Origin: Patescibacteria group bacterium
GTDB taxonomy: Bacteria; Patescibacteriota; Patescibacteriia; UBA1558; GWA2-36-10
Direction of reading: 5' to 3'
Assembly: GCA_018819405.1 (NCBI GenBank)
Contig: JAHJQF010000001.1
Location: 290,097-354,096 of the forward strand
DNA: 64,000 nucleotides
The position numbers were made by a program, and so were the translations under genes. Under the pieces are notes generated by a model. The model saw only the letters and a list, made by a program, of their open reading frames with translations, was not told where the DNA came from and did no database searches. This document shows, one piece after another, positions 46,032-56,036 of the stretch. Position 1 is the stretch's first letter; each line of letters opens with the position of its first letter.

Positions 46032-47203
46032 GATTCACCTCCTATCATAGCACTACAGACCTTGCGGACAGCAGTGCAGCAGACGTCAACGAAATGACTG
46101 GTCACGTCGGGGTTGGTGTATAGGTTAAACAGCGATGTTGTCACCCGGTGTGAAACTACAGGCTGGTTGGAACCAGCAAATACCGCAGTTCTAGAAAGTG
46201 CTACTGGGTAAAGACAATTGACCATGGCTCCTTCAGCCCTTACAGCCTTAAGAAACCATTCTCGATGTGCTGATAGTTTGGTCATAAGGACTGCAGTCAG
46301 GCAGTGATTGACGTGACCATCTGCATCATCTTGGAACTGTAGGTGAAGTTCGTTCAGACCGTCACGATAGAGCGCAGCGTTATAACAGCGCGAGCGATTG
46401 AGGTCCGGCAGCTTACGCAGTTGGACAAGCCCAATAGCCGCCTGTAACTCTGTCATTGCGTAGTTGTAGCCGAGTTTATCGTAGTCGTATACGGCCAGGT
46501 TATCACTGGTCAATCCGTGTCGGGTCAGCGATCTACACCGCCGAGCCAACTCTTCATTTCTAGTGACAACCATTCCACCCTCTCCGCAGCTCATGTTCTT
46601 CGTTTGGTAGAAACTATAGCAGGCAATGTCTCCGAAGGTACCTACTATTTGCCCACTAATAGTAGCTCCATGAGCTTGGGCGCAGTCTTCTATCAGACGG
46701 ATTCCACGTTCTTTCACCAGGGACACGATTTGATCCATATCGGCAGGCATGCCGTATAGATGGACCACGATCACCGCCTTGGTGCGATTGGTTATTTTGG
46801 AACGCAGATCACGGACTGACAGGTTGAAGGTGTGGGGGTCAATGTCGCAAAACACGACTTTCGCCCCGGTTTGTAGAACTACCGAAGCGGTGGAAACGAA
46901 GGTCAAGTCAGGGACAATTACTTCGTCTCCATGGCCTATCTGCAAAGCATCGACAGCCGTATGAAGGGCAGTGGTGCCAGACGTAGTTGCAATCGCATAG
47001 GGCAAGTCGTGGTACGCAGCGAACGCTTGTTCAAACTGTTGTACCATTTCGCCCATGCCTGCTCTTGAAACTACACCTCTTCCCATTACCTCCCAGACAG
47101 CTTGCCGCTCTTCTTCGCCGAAGACCCGACCTCGTTTGAGACCTGCTGGATAAACGGCTTGACCACCGTTTATTGCCAGTGAAGGTTCTTCGAACATAAT
47201 CAC
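46028..47203 (-). CDS. DegT/DnrJ/EryC1/StrS-family PLP-dependent sugar aminotransferase
   Basis: Family-typical fold and conserved active-site Lys region. 4-nt overlaps with both neighbours. Confidence 0.8.
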   Translation of the reverse strand: MIMFEEPSLAINGGQAVYPAGLKRGRVFGEEERQAVWEVMGRGVVSRAGMGEMVQQFEQAFAAYHDLPYAIATTSGTTALHTAVDALQIGHGDEVIVPDLTFVSTASVVLQTGAKVVFCDIDPHTFNLSVRDLRSKITNRTKAVIVVHLYGMPADMDQIVSLVKERGIRLIEDCAQAHGATISGQIVGTFGDIACYSFYQTKNMSCGEGGMVVTRNEELARRCRSLTRHGLTSDNLAVYDYDKLGYNYAMTELQAAIGLVQLRKLPDLNRSRCYNAALYRDGLNELHLQFQDDADGHVNHCLTAVLMTKLSAHREWFLKAVRAEGAMVNCLYPVALSRTAVFAGSNQPVVSHRVTTSLFNLYTNPDVTSHFVDVCCTAVRKVCSAMIGGES

Positions 47204-48375
47204 TCCTTGATGTTGTCGGCGAAACTTTCGCCAAGAGGAATAGGATTGGCTCCTATTAGGTGACAGACGGTCTGTCCTAGATCGGCGAAGCTCGCTCGGG
47301 TTCCCAAGTTTGAGCCTGGTCGATCGCCACCGTTCAGTGCCAGAAGAGGTACGTACTCTCGCGTATGTCCCCGGATCGCTATGACTGGATCGCAGCCATG
47401 GTCGGCTACAATCAGCAGAAGATCGTCACGACCGATCATCGGCAGAACTTCGCCAAGTCTTTGGTCGAAGTACATAAGATCACGGGCATATTGACGTGGC
47501 TTACGCGCGTGGCCGGACATATCGAAGTCCGGCACAACGAACATGGCCGCGCCATCACCACCGGTTCCTAAGTGTCTAAGGACAGCGTCCATGACACCAG
47601 CCGAGTCCATGACACCGGGAATTGTCTCGGTGACGAACTCATCGCCTATCACTGAAGCGAGGTGTTCGGTAACCGTGAAAGGCATTCCGACTTCTCGTAT
47701 TCGGCGGAAGAGGTGTTCACGGTTCTTATCAAGTGGCACGACAATATCAGCTCGGTTCTCGGTGCGGACAAAGTCGCCTTTTTCACCGATGAAGGCTCGA
47801 GCGATGATTCTCGTGACATTTTTCCCGATGAAGAAACGAGACATCTTCCAGGCAACGTCATGTAGCCTGGCGGGCGGAACAACACTTTCGTGAGCCGCCA
47901 CCAAGACTACACCGTCATCGCAGGTGTAGACGATTGGCTGGCCTGTTGCGAAATGTTGGTCAGCGCATTCGTCAAACACCTTGAAACCGGAAACGTAGGC
48001 ATTACACAGTGTTAGGGTGCCTATGGCCTGTTGCATTTGCCGCACCAGGTCAGCTGACATCCTAGGGTAGAACGACGCGAATCGTTCTGCGAAGGTAACG
48101 CCTGCCATTTCCCAGACACCAGCAAAGGTGTCGTTTCCTGAGGTTATCTCGGTCATGCGTCCGTAGTGAGCCAGGGGATAATCAACCGTCGGTACATTAT
48201 TGACGCCGACGATATTACCAAAGCCTAGCCTCTCCAAGTTGGGAACTCGGAAGTCCGGGAGCGATTCAGCTGCGTGATGGAATGTGTTAGCGCCAACGCT
48301 CTTGTAGTCTGCTGCGTCAGGCTGAGCGCCGATGCCGACGCTATCCATCACTAGGATAATTATGCGTCGAAACAT
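47200..48375 (-). CDS. deoB: phosphopentomutase (DeoB family, alkaline-phosphatase superfamily)
   Basis: LVMDSVGIGA, SGNDTFAGVWEMAGV, RIIARAFIGEKGDFVRTENR and VADHGCDP blocks match E. coli DeoB. Confidence 0.75.
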   Translation of the reverse strand: MFRRIIILVMDSVGIGAQPDAADYKSVGANTFHHAAESLPDFRVPNLERLGFGNIVGVNNVPTVDYPLAHYGRMTEITSGNDTFAGVWEMAGVTFAERFASFYPRMSADLVRQMQQAIGTLTLCNAYVSGFKVFDECADQHFATGQPIVYTCDDGVVLVAAHESVVPPARLHDVAWKMSRFFIGKNVTRIIARAFIGEKGDFVRTENRADIVVPLDKNREHLFRRIREVGMPFTVTEHLASVIGDEFVTETIPGVMDSAGVMDAVLRHLGTGGDGAAMFVVPDFDMSGHARKPRQYARDLMYFDQRLGEVLPMIGRDDLLLIVADHGCDPVIAIRGHTREYVPLLALNGGDRPGSNLGTRASFADLGQTVCHLIGANPIPLGESFADNIKE

Positions 48376-48396
48376 CGTTCTTTCCTTTCCGACTTT

Positions 48397-49479
48397 TCAG
48401 TCGAGCGCCACTGGTTGCCCAGTTTTCGCCGAAAGATAGATGGCATCAACGATGCTCATCAGTCTGCAGGCCTCCAGAGGGCTAGTCAGTGGTTCATCCT
48501 CTCCTTGTAGTGATCTAACGAAGTTGATTGCAGCAGCTACGCGTCCCATCGTATTATCGAAGGGGACAGAGATGTTCTGGTTATTCGGCTGACCATCTTC
48601 CTGTGAGTATACCTCACAGGTGCCGGTAATTGTATCACCGGCGTTATCTTGGAACAGTCTAGAAACCATAGCCCCAGCTTTCTGCCCTTGCAGGGTCACA
48701 AAGCATTTTTCTTCTCGAACCATTTCGGCCCAAGAAATGTGGAGCGTGAGCACTTGCCCAGTTTCGAAGGTGATGGTGGCGTGAGCACTTGATTCAACAT
48801 CCGTGACACCGTCTCCGTTTGGTACTCCGTAGGGACCTCTGCGCGAGGGGTCATCCATGAAGTCGTTGAAGGTTTGACCCAGCACATGTTTCGGTTTGGG
48901 GTAGCCCATAAAGTATAGGGCTAAGTCTAGCATGTGCATCAGATCCATTAGCGCTCCGCCACCGGCTATTTTCTGGTTGGTGAACCAGTTTCCGTATCCC
49001 GGAATACCTGATCTACGAACCCAAACAGCTTGGGCAGAATTGATCCGGCCAAAGAATCCACTGTTGATACGTTGGATGATCTCCAGTGATTCTGGCCGTG
49101 CTCGATTGTTGAAGTCAAACAGGAGTTGCCTGCCGGATGCGCGAGAAGCCGAGAACATCTCTTGAGCTTCATACGCGTTCATTGCCGGGGGCTTTTCACA
49201 GAACACGTGCTTCCCAGCTCTCAGAGCCTGAATAGTAAGTGTTTTGTGGTGTGCTGGAGGTGTGAGAATGCTGACAGCGTCAACATCCGAAGATGCTAGA
49301 GTCAGCATTTCCTCAAGTGAAGTGAAAACTCGTGGTATCTTCCACTCAGTTGCGGCTTTTTGGGCCGCGACTGGATTCGTGTCGGCAACGCAGGTTATCT
49401 CAGCACCAGCTGAACGGAATCCGTTAGCTTGGTACTTGAGCATTACGCCTGCACCGACGATGCCGATTTTTAGAGACAT
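48397..49479 (-). CDS. Gfo/Idh/MocA-family NAD(P)-dependent oxidoreductase
   Basis: N-terminal Rossmann motif IGIVGAGVM. EKP motif. Confidence 0.75.
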   Translation of the reverse strand: MSLKIGIVGAGVMLKYQANGFRSAGAEITCVADTNPVAAQKAATEWKIPRVFTSLEEMLTLASSDVDAVSILTPPAHHKTLTIQALRAGKHVFCEKPPAMNAYEAQEMFSASRASGRQLLFDFNNRARPESLEIIQRINSGFFGRINSAQAVWVRRSGIPGYGNWFTNQKIAGGGALMDLMHMLDLALYFMGYPKPKHVLGQTFNDFMDDPSRRGPYGVPNGDGVTDVESSAHATITFETGQVLTLHISWAEMVREEKCFVTLQGQKAGAMVSRLFQDNAGDTITGTCEVYSQEDGQPNNQNISVPFDNTMGRVAAAINFVRSLQGEDEPLTSPLEACRLMSIVDAIYLSAKTGQPVALD

Positions 49480-49491
49480 CGTTTTCTCCTT

Positions 49492-50298
49492 CTAGGTTTT
49501 GGTGCAGACGAAAGTTCCGCGTGATCTGTCCAATACGATTGGCAGCTCCCTGCTGGACAACAGATTTCTCATTTCTGCTGCCAGGGCAGATTTTGTAGCT
49601 GCATCGCTGGTCGCTTCTTGGAAACTTGGCAGGGTAGTGTAGTACAGCATGAAGCTGTCTACGTCAGGAAACACCATTTGGAAACCATAGAAGTGGTACC
49701 TTACATCTCCGAAGAGATTATCGAGGTACTCTCTGGCATTTCCGCAGTGGAAAGGTGAACGAGAAAGGCGTACGTTGGTTTCGATGCCAACGCGAGATAT
49801 TGCTTCTTGATGGCATACTCTCAGTAGGTCATCGTCAGGAGTTTTTACTCCAGTTGTAATAATCACCTTTCCCTTTTTTCTGACTACTCGTAGTGATTCT
49901 CTTAACCCATGTTCAAGATCATCCACGTGATTCAGAACGTGTTTGGCAACTACCACATCAAATTGATCATCGCCGAAAGGCAGATTTTCAATTGACGCAA
50001 TAGCGCACAGGGGTGTGCTGATCGTGTTACAAGCTCTCTGGCAAGTGATACTCAACAGTGCTTGTGAAATATCTACGGCAAAGACTTTCCCGCCTTTGTT
50101 CAGTCGTTGGGTGATTATGGCAACATCTCTTCCGGTTCCCGAGCCAGCATCTAATACCAGCTCATCGCCCTCGAAGTGGATGAAGTCTATGCCATATTTA
50201 CCAGCGCCGACGCCGTATCTATCCCAAGCAAGCTCTCTGTTGAGTAGATTGCGCGCAGTCCCGTACTGGGCCTGCGGATCACTGTATTTGATCCTCAT
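49492..50298 (-). CDS. class I SAM-dependent methyltransferase
   Basis: Motif I VLDAGSGTGRD. Acidic-loop motifs. Confidence 0.7.
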   Translation of the reverse strand: MRIKYSDPQAQYGTARNLLNRELAWDRYGVGAGKYGIDFIHFEGDELVLDAGSGTGRDVAIITQRLNKGGKVFAVDISQALLSITCQRACNTISTPLCAIASIENLPFGDDQFDVVVAKHVLNHVDDLEHGLRESLRVVRKKGKVIITTGVKTPDDDLLRVCHQEAISRVGIETNVRLSRSPFHCGNAREYLDNLFGDVRYHFYGFQMVFPDVDSFMLYYTTLPSFQEATSDAATKSALAAEMRNLLSSRELPIVLDRSRGTFVCTKT

Positions 50299-50385
50299 GT
50301 CTATCTACTCCTTGTCAAGGTACAGCGTCAAACAATTTTGACTTTACAAAGTACCAGAAAACGGTTATTATGTCAACATAAGAAT

Positions 50386-50781
50386 ATGACTAAAAAGACG
50401 CAAAAAACAACTGTAAAAGCACTATTTGAGAAGGATAAAAGAATCCTTCTTGTTAAAGACCCTAAAGGTGTTTGGGAGATGCCCGGTGGTCGTATAGAGC
50501 ATGGTGAAACTCCAGAAAAAGCCCTAAAAAGAGAACTTAAAGAAGAGCTTGGCTGGAATAATGTAGATATTAAAAATATAGTTGACTCATGGACATTTTC
50601 TTCAGAAGTTGATGATACTAATTACCATTTTATTATTTTGACTTATGTTTGTGATTTTGGTGAAGAAGAAATAAAAGAAAATGACGAATATACAGAGTAT
50701 AGATGGGTGCCAGTTGATGAGATTGATGGGCTGAATATGAGGGATGGTTATAAGAAAACAATTAAGAAATTTATAGGTTAG
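50386..50781 (+). CDS. Nudix hydrolase
   Basis: GGRIEHGETPEKALKRELKEELG Nudix box. Low-GC. Start set at MTKKTQ. Confidence 0.7.
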   Translation: MTKKTQKTTVKALFEKDKRILLVKDPKGVWEMPGGRIEHGETPEKALKRELKEELGWNNVDIKNIVDSWTFSSEVDDTNYHFIILTYVCDFGEEEIKENDEYTEYRWVPVDEIDGLNMRDGYKKTIKKFIG

Positions 50782-51039
50782 TTCTAACCTAAAATAATCA
50801 AATACTACTCAGTGGCATTTCCATAGCAGGGGATGTCATTTTTGGTATGTCACCCAGCCCCTCGCGAGGAGCTGGGTCAAAATCGTTTAAATTAGAATAT
50901 AAAAAACCGAGAGATTATTAGGTATAATAAATCATTTTTATGGTATTTTTGCTATTTGACAAATATATATATAGTTTATAGTCTTAAGATGATCATCGTT
51001 ATTTCCGTGGGTTGCTAAAGCAAAGGAAGGAAGCGGATT

Positions 51040-51435
51040 ATGACACTCCAAAAGTTTAGCGAGTTGGTGCTCAAGGTTTTTGGTCACGCAACAGACTTTG
51101 AAGATGTTACCGACAGAAGTCCCGTGTATTATCCTGACGATTTTACCTGTTGGGAGACACATCTGAGGGCAAGCGTTGAGGTGGCTGGTGGGCCCGTTGA
51201 AGTGCACGCCTACTATCTTGGCGGATGTATCACTTGGACTGGGAAGGATGACTGGTATGGATTTAGAAAACATAATGCCATCCAGCGTGATGATACTGAA
51301 ACTGCCTTACGTACTTTGCATTGTATGTTGCATTTTGGTTATAGCCAGTCAAAAATTCTCCATTTACCAGATGGAAGCACCTTGGGACCCATTTGGGGGA
51401 CCAGCCATGAAGATTTGCGAGCTGAGATTACATAG
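51040..51435 (+). CDS. hypothetical protein
   Basis: RBS GGAAGGAAG. 131 aa. Terminator-like hairpin follows. The opposite-strand ORF 50938-51273 is judged spurious. Confidence 0.45.
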   Translation: MTLQKFSELVLKVFGHATDFEDVTDRSPVYYPDDFTCWETHLRASVEVAGGPVEVHAYYLGGCITWTGKDDWYGFRKHNAIQRDDTETALRTLHCMLHFGYSQSKILHLPDGSTLGPIWGTSHEDLRAEIT

Positions 51436-51689
51436 CCAGCTGGCAACTCAGACCGTGGTGGCCTCGTCAATTCGGACGGGGCCTTTCATTTTATAAAGCT
51501 ATGTTTAATTCTAACGCTCCAAAAATAAAAAATAATTTAAAATATCTTTGCATTACAAAATTGTCAGTTCAGCTATATAAACATCAGTTCAGTTCCGATA
51601 CGCTCCCTGCCCGCCATCGCTACGCCCAGGCGTAGCAGGCGGGTACTGTGGCACCCCAGTCAAAAGCTCCCAATTTCATTGGGGATTTT

Positions 51690-51754
51690 TGATACCCAGA
51701 AATAGAGTTAGAATTGGCAATGTGGTATAATGAATGTGTTATTAAAATAAAAAT
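51690..51754 (+). promoter_or_regulatory. conserved promoter/leader module (AAATAGAGTTAGAA...TGGTATAATGAATGTGTTATTAAAATAAAAAT-ATG)
   Basis: Same leader as at 44.5 kb, 57.0 kb and 59.0 kb. Preceded by the GC-rich nested hairpin at 51607-51648 and the CACCCCA box at 51647-51662. Confidence 0.6.
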
Positions 51755-52813
51755 ATGAAACTAAATCAAAAAGGATTCAATGATGTTATAATGGTAACTA
51801 TCATTGGAGGAATAATAGGGTCTTTGTTTATCACAGGAGTTTTTGTCTGGAAAGAGATAGATAAACAAAATACTTTAAATAATTTGTATAATCAATTATC
51901 TAGAGTTGTTAAGGTTAATAATGAGAAAGACAAGGAGGTTGCTACAAAAGATAAACAAGAGATAAATATAGATGATTGGATAAAATATAATGATTCTATA
52001 AATAAAATAAGTTTTGAGTATCCCCCAACTTATGAGATTCGCAATAAAGAAGAATCAGGAATTATTATGGTGGGCTTAATTGGTAGTTTTGACAGAGAAA
52101 CAGAGATTTTTCCATTAGCTAGTATATACACAGTTGAAGAATACAATCCAGAAATAAAAGGAGAAAAGTTTAATTCTTTAGAGGGCATTAAAAAGGCATT
52201 TAATTCTTTAAAAGAAAGGTGTAATAGTCCCGAGATATGTGATGTTACATATATTGAAGATATACAAGTAGATAATAGGCCTGGCTTAAAAGTTGGTCGT
52301 GAAGGAGTTATGGAAGATATAATTATAATTATTTCAACTCCAAGTGATAATTTTATAGTGATATATAGTTATTCAGATTTACCTGATATTTTTAACTCTT
52401 TTATTAAAACTTTCAAATTTTTAGATGGAGAGGAGCGGCCAGTTTATAATTTAAAAAATTTTAATATCAGTTTATCTGTGCCTAGAGATTATGTATCATC
52501 AGATGATTTTAATAAAACAGACATAAAGTTTTACGGCTTTTGTAAACAGGGGTGCATTACAATTAAACAAATAGATGAAAATTTAGAGGATTATATTAGT
52601 AATGTGACAGAAGGTCCATTTTCAGAGCTAATAAGTAGAGAAGTCGTAACGGTTGATGGAATTGAGGCAACAAAATTTGTTGCTAGCTCTGATATAGGTA
52701 TTGATTATAATTACGTTTATTTTATAAAGGGCGATAACAAATATGTAATATCAAGTCAGGATTTTATAAATGAATTTGACGACGTTATTGATTCAGTTAA
52801 ATTTTTAAAATAA
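51755..52813 (+). CDS. secreted/anchored protein, N-terminal paralog of 59072-59989
   Basis: MKLNQKGFNDVIMVTIIGGIIGSLFITGVFVWKEIDKQNTLNNLYNQLS is nearly identical to the N-terminus of ORF 59072. Confidence 0.55.
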   Translation: MKLNQKGFNDVIMVTIIGGIIGSLFITGVFVWKEIDKQNTLNNLYNQLSRVVKVNNEKDKEVATKDKQEINIDDWIKYNDSINKISFEYPPTYEIRNKEESGIIMVGLIGSFDRETEIFPLASIYTVEEYNPEIKGEKFNSLEGIKKAFNSLKERCNSPEICDVTYIEDIQVDNRPGLKVGREGVMEDIIIIISTPSDNFIVIYSYSDLPDIFNSFIKTFKFLDGEERPVYNLKNFNISLSVPRDYVSSDDFNKTDIKFYGFCKQGCITIKQIDENLEDYISNVTEGPFSELISREVVTVDGIEATKFVASSDIGIDYNYVYFIKGDNKYVISSQDFINEFDDVIDSVKFLK

Positions 52814-52994
52814 ATTATTTAAATCTCCAACAAATAATCTAATCTTCGCAAATCATCATCGTCATACTTATCATAAAAAGTTCTGAAAGTGTCCCATATG
52901 CGATCCTATCAAAGAATCATTCCAAAATGAATGGTTTTTTGATATCCCTAAAATAGAGTTAGAACTAAAAGTATAAATTTGTTATAATTATGTT

Positions 52995-53987
52995 ATGAAA
53001 ATAATTTTTCCAAAAAAACTTAGCCAAGGCGATGAAGTAAGGGTCATAGCCCCTTCACGTTCTATGGCTATTATATCCGATCAATTAAAAAGTATAGCCA
53101 ATAAACGTTTTGCTGGTCTTGGTTTAAAATTAAGTTTTGGAAGAAACATAAATAAAAAAGACACATTCCTCTCATCTAATATAAAAGATAGAGTCAGTGA
53201 CTTGCACCAGGCATTTTCTGACAAAAATGTTAAAGCTATTATTACAGTAATAGGGGGATTTAGTAGTAATCAGTTATTGGATTATATAGACTGGCAATTG
53301 ATAAAAAGTAACCCTAAAATTTTATGTGGTTATTCTGATATTACTATTTTGAACAATGCTATTTTTCAAAAGGCAGGGTTAGTAAGTTATTATGGGCCAC
53401 ATTATTCTACATTTGGTCAAGAGTTATATTTTGATTATACATTAGATTATTTCAAGAAATGTTTGATGCAAAAAGACACTTTTAAAATTATACCCAGCAA
53501 AAACTGGAGTGATGATGAATGGTATAAAAATCAAAAAGGGAGAAAGCTAGTAAAAAACACTGGTTGGAAGATAATAAACAGTGGTAAGGCGAAGGGCACT
53601 TCTTTAGGTGGTAATTTATGCACCTTTAATCTACTACAGGGCACATCTTATTTTCCCAACATTAAAAATAGCATTTTATTTTTTGAAGATGATGAATTCG
53701 GTGGAAGTTATTCGGCTGTAGAGTTTGATCGAAATTTACAATCAGTAATTCAGCAACCAGGATTTAGCGGAGTAAAAGGAATCATTATTGGTAGGTTTCA
53801 AAAAGCCAGCGAAATGGATTTGATAAAAATTAGGCATATAATAAAATCAAAAAAAGAATTATCAAAGATACCAGTTATTTGTAATGTAGATTTTGGGCAC
53901 ACTGATCCCAAGATAACCTTTCCTATAGGTGGTACAGTAGAAATTGTTGCTAGTAAAGCACCAAGAATTGAATTTATAAAACATTAA
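52995..53987 (+). CDS. LD-carboxypeptidase (peptidase S66; LdcA/MccF-like)
   Basis: GDEVRVIAPS and GYSDIT serine-nucleophile motifs. Confidence 0.7.
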   Translation: MKIIFPKKLSQGDEVRVIAPSRSMAIISDQLKSIANKRFAGLGLKLSFGRNINKKDTFLSSNIKDRVSDLHQAFSDKNVKAIITVIGGFSSNQLLDYIDWQLIKSNPKILCGYSDITILNNAIFQKAGLVSYYGPHYSTFGQELYFDYTLDYFKKCLMQKDTFKIIPSKNWSDDEWYKNQKGRKLVKNTGWKIINSGKAKGTSLGGNLCTFNLLQGTSYFPNIKNSILFFEDDEFGGSYSAVEFDRNLQSVIQQPGFSGVKGIIIGRFQKASEMDLIKIRHIIKSKKELSKIPVICNVDFGHTDPKITFPIGGTVEIVASKAPRIEFIKH

Positions 53988-54046
53988 GCATAGGGATTTT
54001 TATATTATCCATTACAAAGAACGAAGTCCTAATACGCTCCACAGTG

Positions 54047-54121
54047 CGACCCCATAGAAGAAATCGCTCTAAAAGCGGTTTTTTGATATAATGAAAATAT
54101 TAATTTATTTAAAATATAATT
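54047..54121 (+). promoter_or_regulatory. conserved promoter/leader module (copy of 44531-44598)
   Basis: GCGACCCCATAGAAGAAATCGCTCTAAAAGCGGTTTTTTGATATAATGA is ~95% identical to 44528-44584. Confidence 0.6.
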
Positions 54122-54454
54122 ATGAATATTTTAATAACAGGGGCAGCTACAGGAATAGGGAAATCTTTGGCAGATAAATTTTCTAAAGAAGGGTATACAG
54201 TTATAAGCACTTATCATACCACCAAAGGACCTGGCTATCATTTGGATTTATCAAATGAGTCAGATATTAAAACATTGGTCAATAATATAGGTGTGTCTAC
54301 TGATAAGGTGGTCGAGGTAGTGTATAACACGGCGATGAATAAATATAAGTTAAAAAATGGAGCAGATATCAAAGTAAGAGATTATAGATTTGGTACATAC
54401 TTACGTATTCCTTTTATTGTAGCTAGAAAAGTTAAAAAATTAGCATTTAGTTAA
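54122..54454 (+). pseudogene. short-chain dehydrogenase/reductase N-terminal fragment
   Basis: TGAATGIGKS Rossmann motif. Only 110 aa, lacks the catalytic YxxxK region. Confidence 0.5.
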
Positions 54455-54588
54455 GAAAAAAGTTCTAATATCCCTGACTATGTCAACCCATCAAATAATT
54501 ATTCCATCAGTCAGTGGGTAGAGGAATGGTTTTTTGATTGTAAAATAAAAATTATGAGCGCGAGACATAACATCTCGCGCTCGTTTTT

Positions 54589-54969
54589 TCAGTTTATGCT
54601 CAGAGCCCATCGCACAAAGGGGTGAGTTTCTTCTTCGATAAGGTGTCGGATTTCGGGAATTTGGAGAAAATTGGGATCAATTTTCTCCAGCGAAAGCACA
54701 GCGTGACCGCGAGCCAGGTAGTGGTTGTCAGACAGTGCCTTGATGAGGCATTCCTTGGATCGGACCAGACCCAGATCACCTAGGCAGCGTATAGCATCGC
54801 AGCGGATGTAGTCGGTGTCGTCGGTGAGCACCAGATGTTCAACCAACACCACCACCCCCGGATCAGCGATTTTATCGTGCCAGACAATGTTGACAGCCGT
54901 ACCTTTCTGGTAAGGATCTGGGCAAACTAGCCAAGCTTTGAGTTTCACGGGGTCAAAATTCCTCTTCAT
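54589..54969 (-). CDS. HEAT/PBS-lyase-like repeat protein
   Basis: DxxxxIRxxAxxxLGxLG repeat pattern. Confidence 0.45.
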   Translation of the reverse strand: MKRNFDPVKLKAWLVCPDPYQKGTAVNIVWHDKIADPGVVVLVEHLVLTDDTDYIRCDAIRCLGDLGLVRSKECLIKALSDNHYLARGHAVLSLEKIDPNFLQIPEIRHLIEEETHPFVRWALSIN

Positions 54970-54973
54970 GGCT

Positions 54974-55480
54974 TTACCTTTCTAGCAGCTCTCTTAACTG
55001 CTTTAGCGTGTCTTCCATTTGGTAGAGTCGGATGCCAATCATAGGCACCCTTAGGCTTTGTTTATGCATCAAAGACTGCAATTCCTCAACGAAAATACCA
55101 CTACCTCTTAGGTGTTGTCTTTTTTCTCCGTAAATCAGATCTACGGCACAGGAAGGAGAAAAATCGATGCCTAAGACAGCCATCAGCTCGTTGCCGTTGT
55201 CTTTAAACAAGATCATCTGGCCTACTACTGTCTGAGCTAGTTGGCGACATACTGCCCGGTTACTTACCTTGTCATAGTGGGTCTTATGACAAGGCCTACG
55301 ACAAAAGCCGTCAAATATCAGCTCCGGACAGGGCATTTGTACCATGTTTATTTTATGCCTCGTAAGCATTTCTGTGACAGGGGTTATTATAGCCGGGTAT
55401 TTTCGGACAATACCTTGAGCCCTTACCCCTTGAGCTGTAGCACAAAAGGACAAAAAGACAAACCTTTTGCTTCTGTTCAT
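54974..55480 (-). CDS. DUF523-family protein (TudS-like [4Fe-4S] desulfurase family)
   Basis: Conserved Cys ligands including an MPCPE motif. Confidence 0.5.
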   Translation of the reverse strand: MNRSKRFVFLSFCATAQGVRAQGIVRKYPAIITPVTEMLTRHKINMVQMPCPELIFDGFCRRPCHKTHYDKVSNRAVCRQLAQTVVGQMILFKDNGNELMAVLGIDFSPSCAVDLIYGEKRQHLRGSGIFVEELQSLMHKQSLRVPMIGIRLYQMEDTLKQLRELLER

Positions 55481-55500
55481 AGCCGGCCTCCTGTTAAGGT

Positions 55501-55968
55501 TTAGTCCAATTCCTCTATTTCAATTCCATGGGCTTGTAAAAGAGCCGCGAAGACTCCTAGACCTTTCTTTTTTTGTCCTGAGAAGTCCCCGGTATATATG
55601 TGAAGTGCCCCACAAGTGGGGCTACCGGATTTAAGTAACACTTTTTTTATTTCGTTTTTTTGAATAATATCCAAAGCAAGTTTTGCTCCCTTGATAAATA
55701 CTTCAGTGTAATCAATACCATATTTATCTACTATTTTGGCTTTACCAGCCAATACATCTTTGCCATCGCCGCTTGATATTTCGCAAGCAGGCCTGGGAGT
55801 TGGCAATCCAGCTAGCACTTCCGGGCATATTATCAGAGATTTGCCTTTTAAAAATTCTTTTATAGCTTTAGGATTATTTTTACCTTTTTCATTCCAGCGG
55901 CAGGGTATACCTAAGAGGCAAGCGCTTATTGCTTGATTTAAATTATCTTTGTTTTTATTGTCCTCCAT
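55501..55968 (-). CDS. DUF523-family protein (TudS-like), second paralog
   Basis: SACLLGIPCRWNEKG and ICPEVLAGLPTPRP motifs typical of DUF523. Start placed at MEDNKNK. Confidence 0.55.
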   Translation of the reverse strand: MEDNKNKDNLNQAISACLLGIPCRWNEKGKNNPKAIKEFLKGKSLIICPEVLAGLPTPRPACEISSGDGKDVLAGKAKIVDKYGIDYTEVFIKGAKLALDIIQKNEIKKVLLKSGSPTCGALHIYTGDFSGQKKKGLGVFAALLQAHGIEIEELD

Positions 55969-56036
55969 ATATTTTAGCAAACTATTATTTTTGCTGGAGA
56001 GGGGAGATTTTTCATCACCCCTCTCTGGGGGATTGA

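Noticed and set aside
50938-51273. ORF 50938-51273(-) overlapping ORF 51040-51435(+)
   Set aside because: The plus-strand ORF has a good RBS and a downstream hairpin. The minus ORF has neither and is judged the artefact, although this is not certain.
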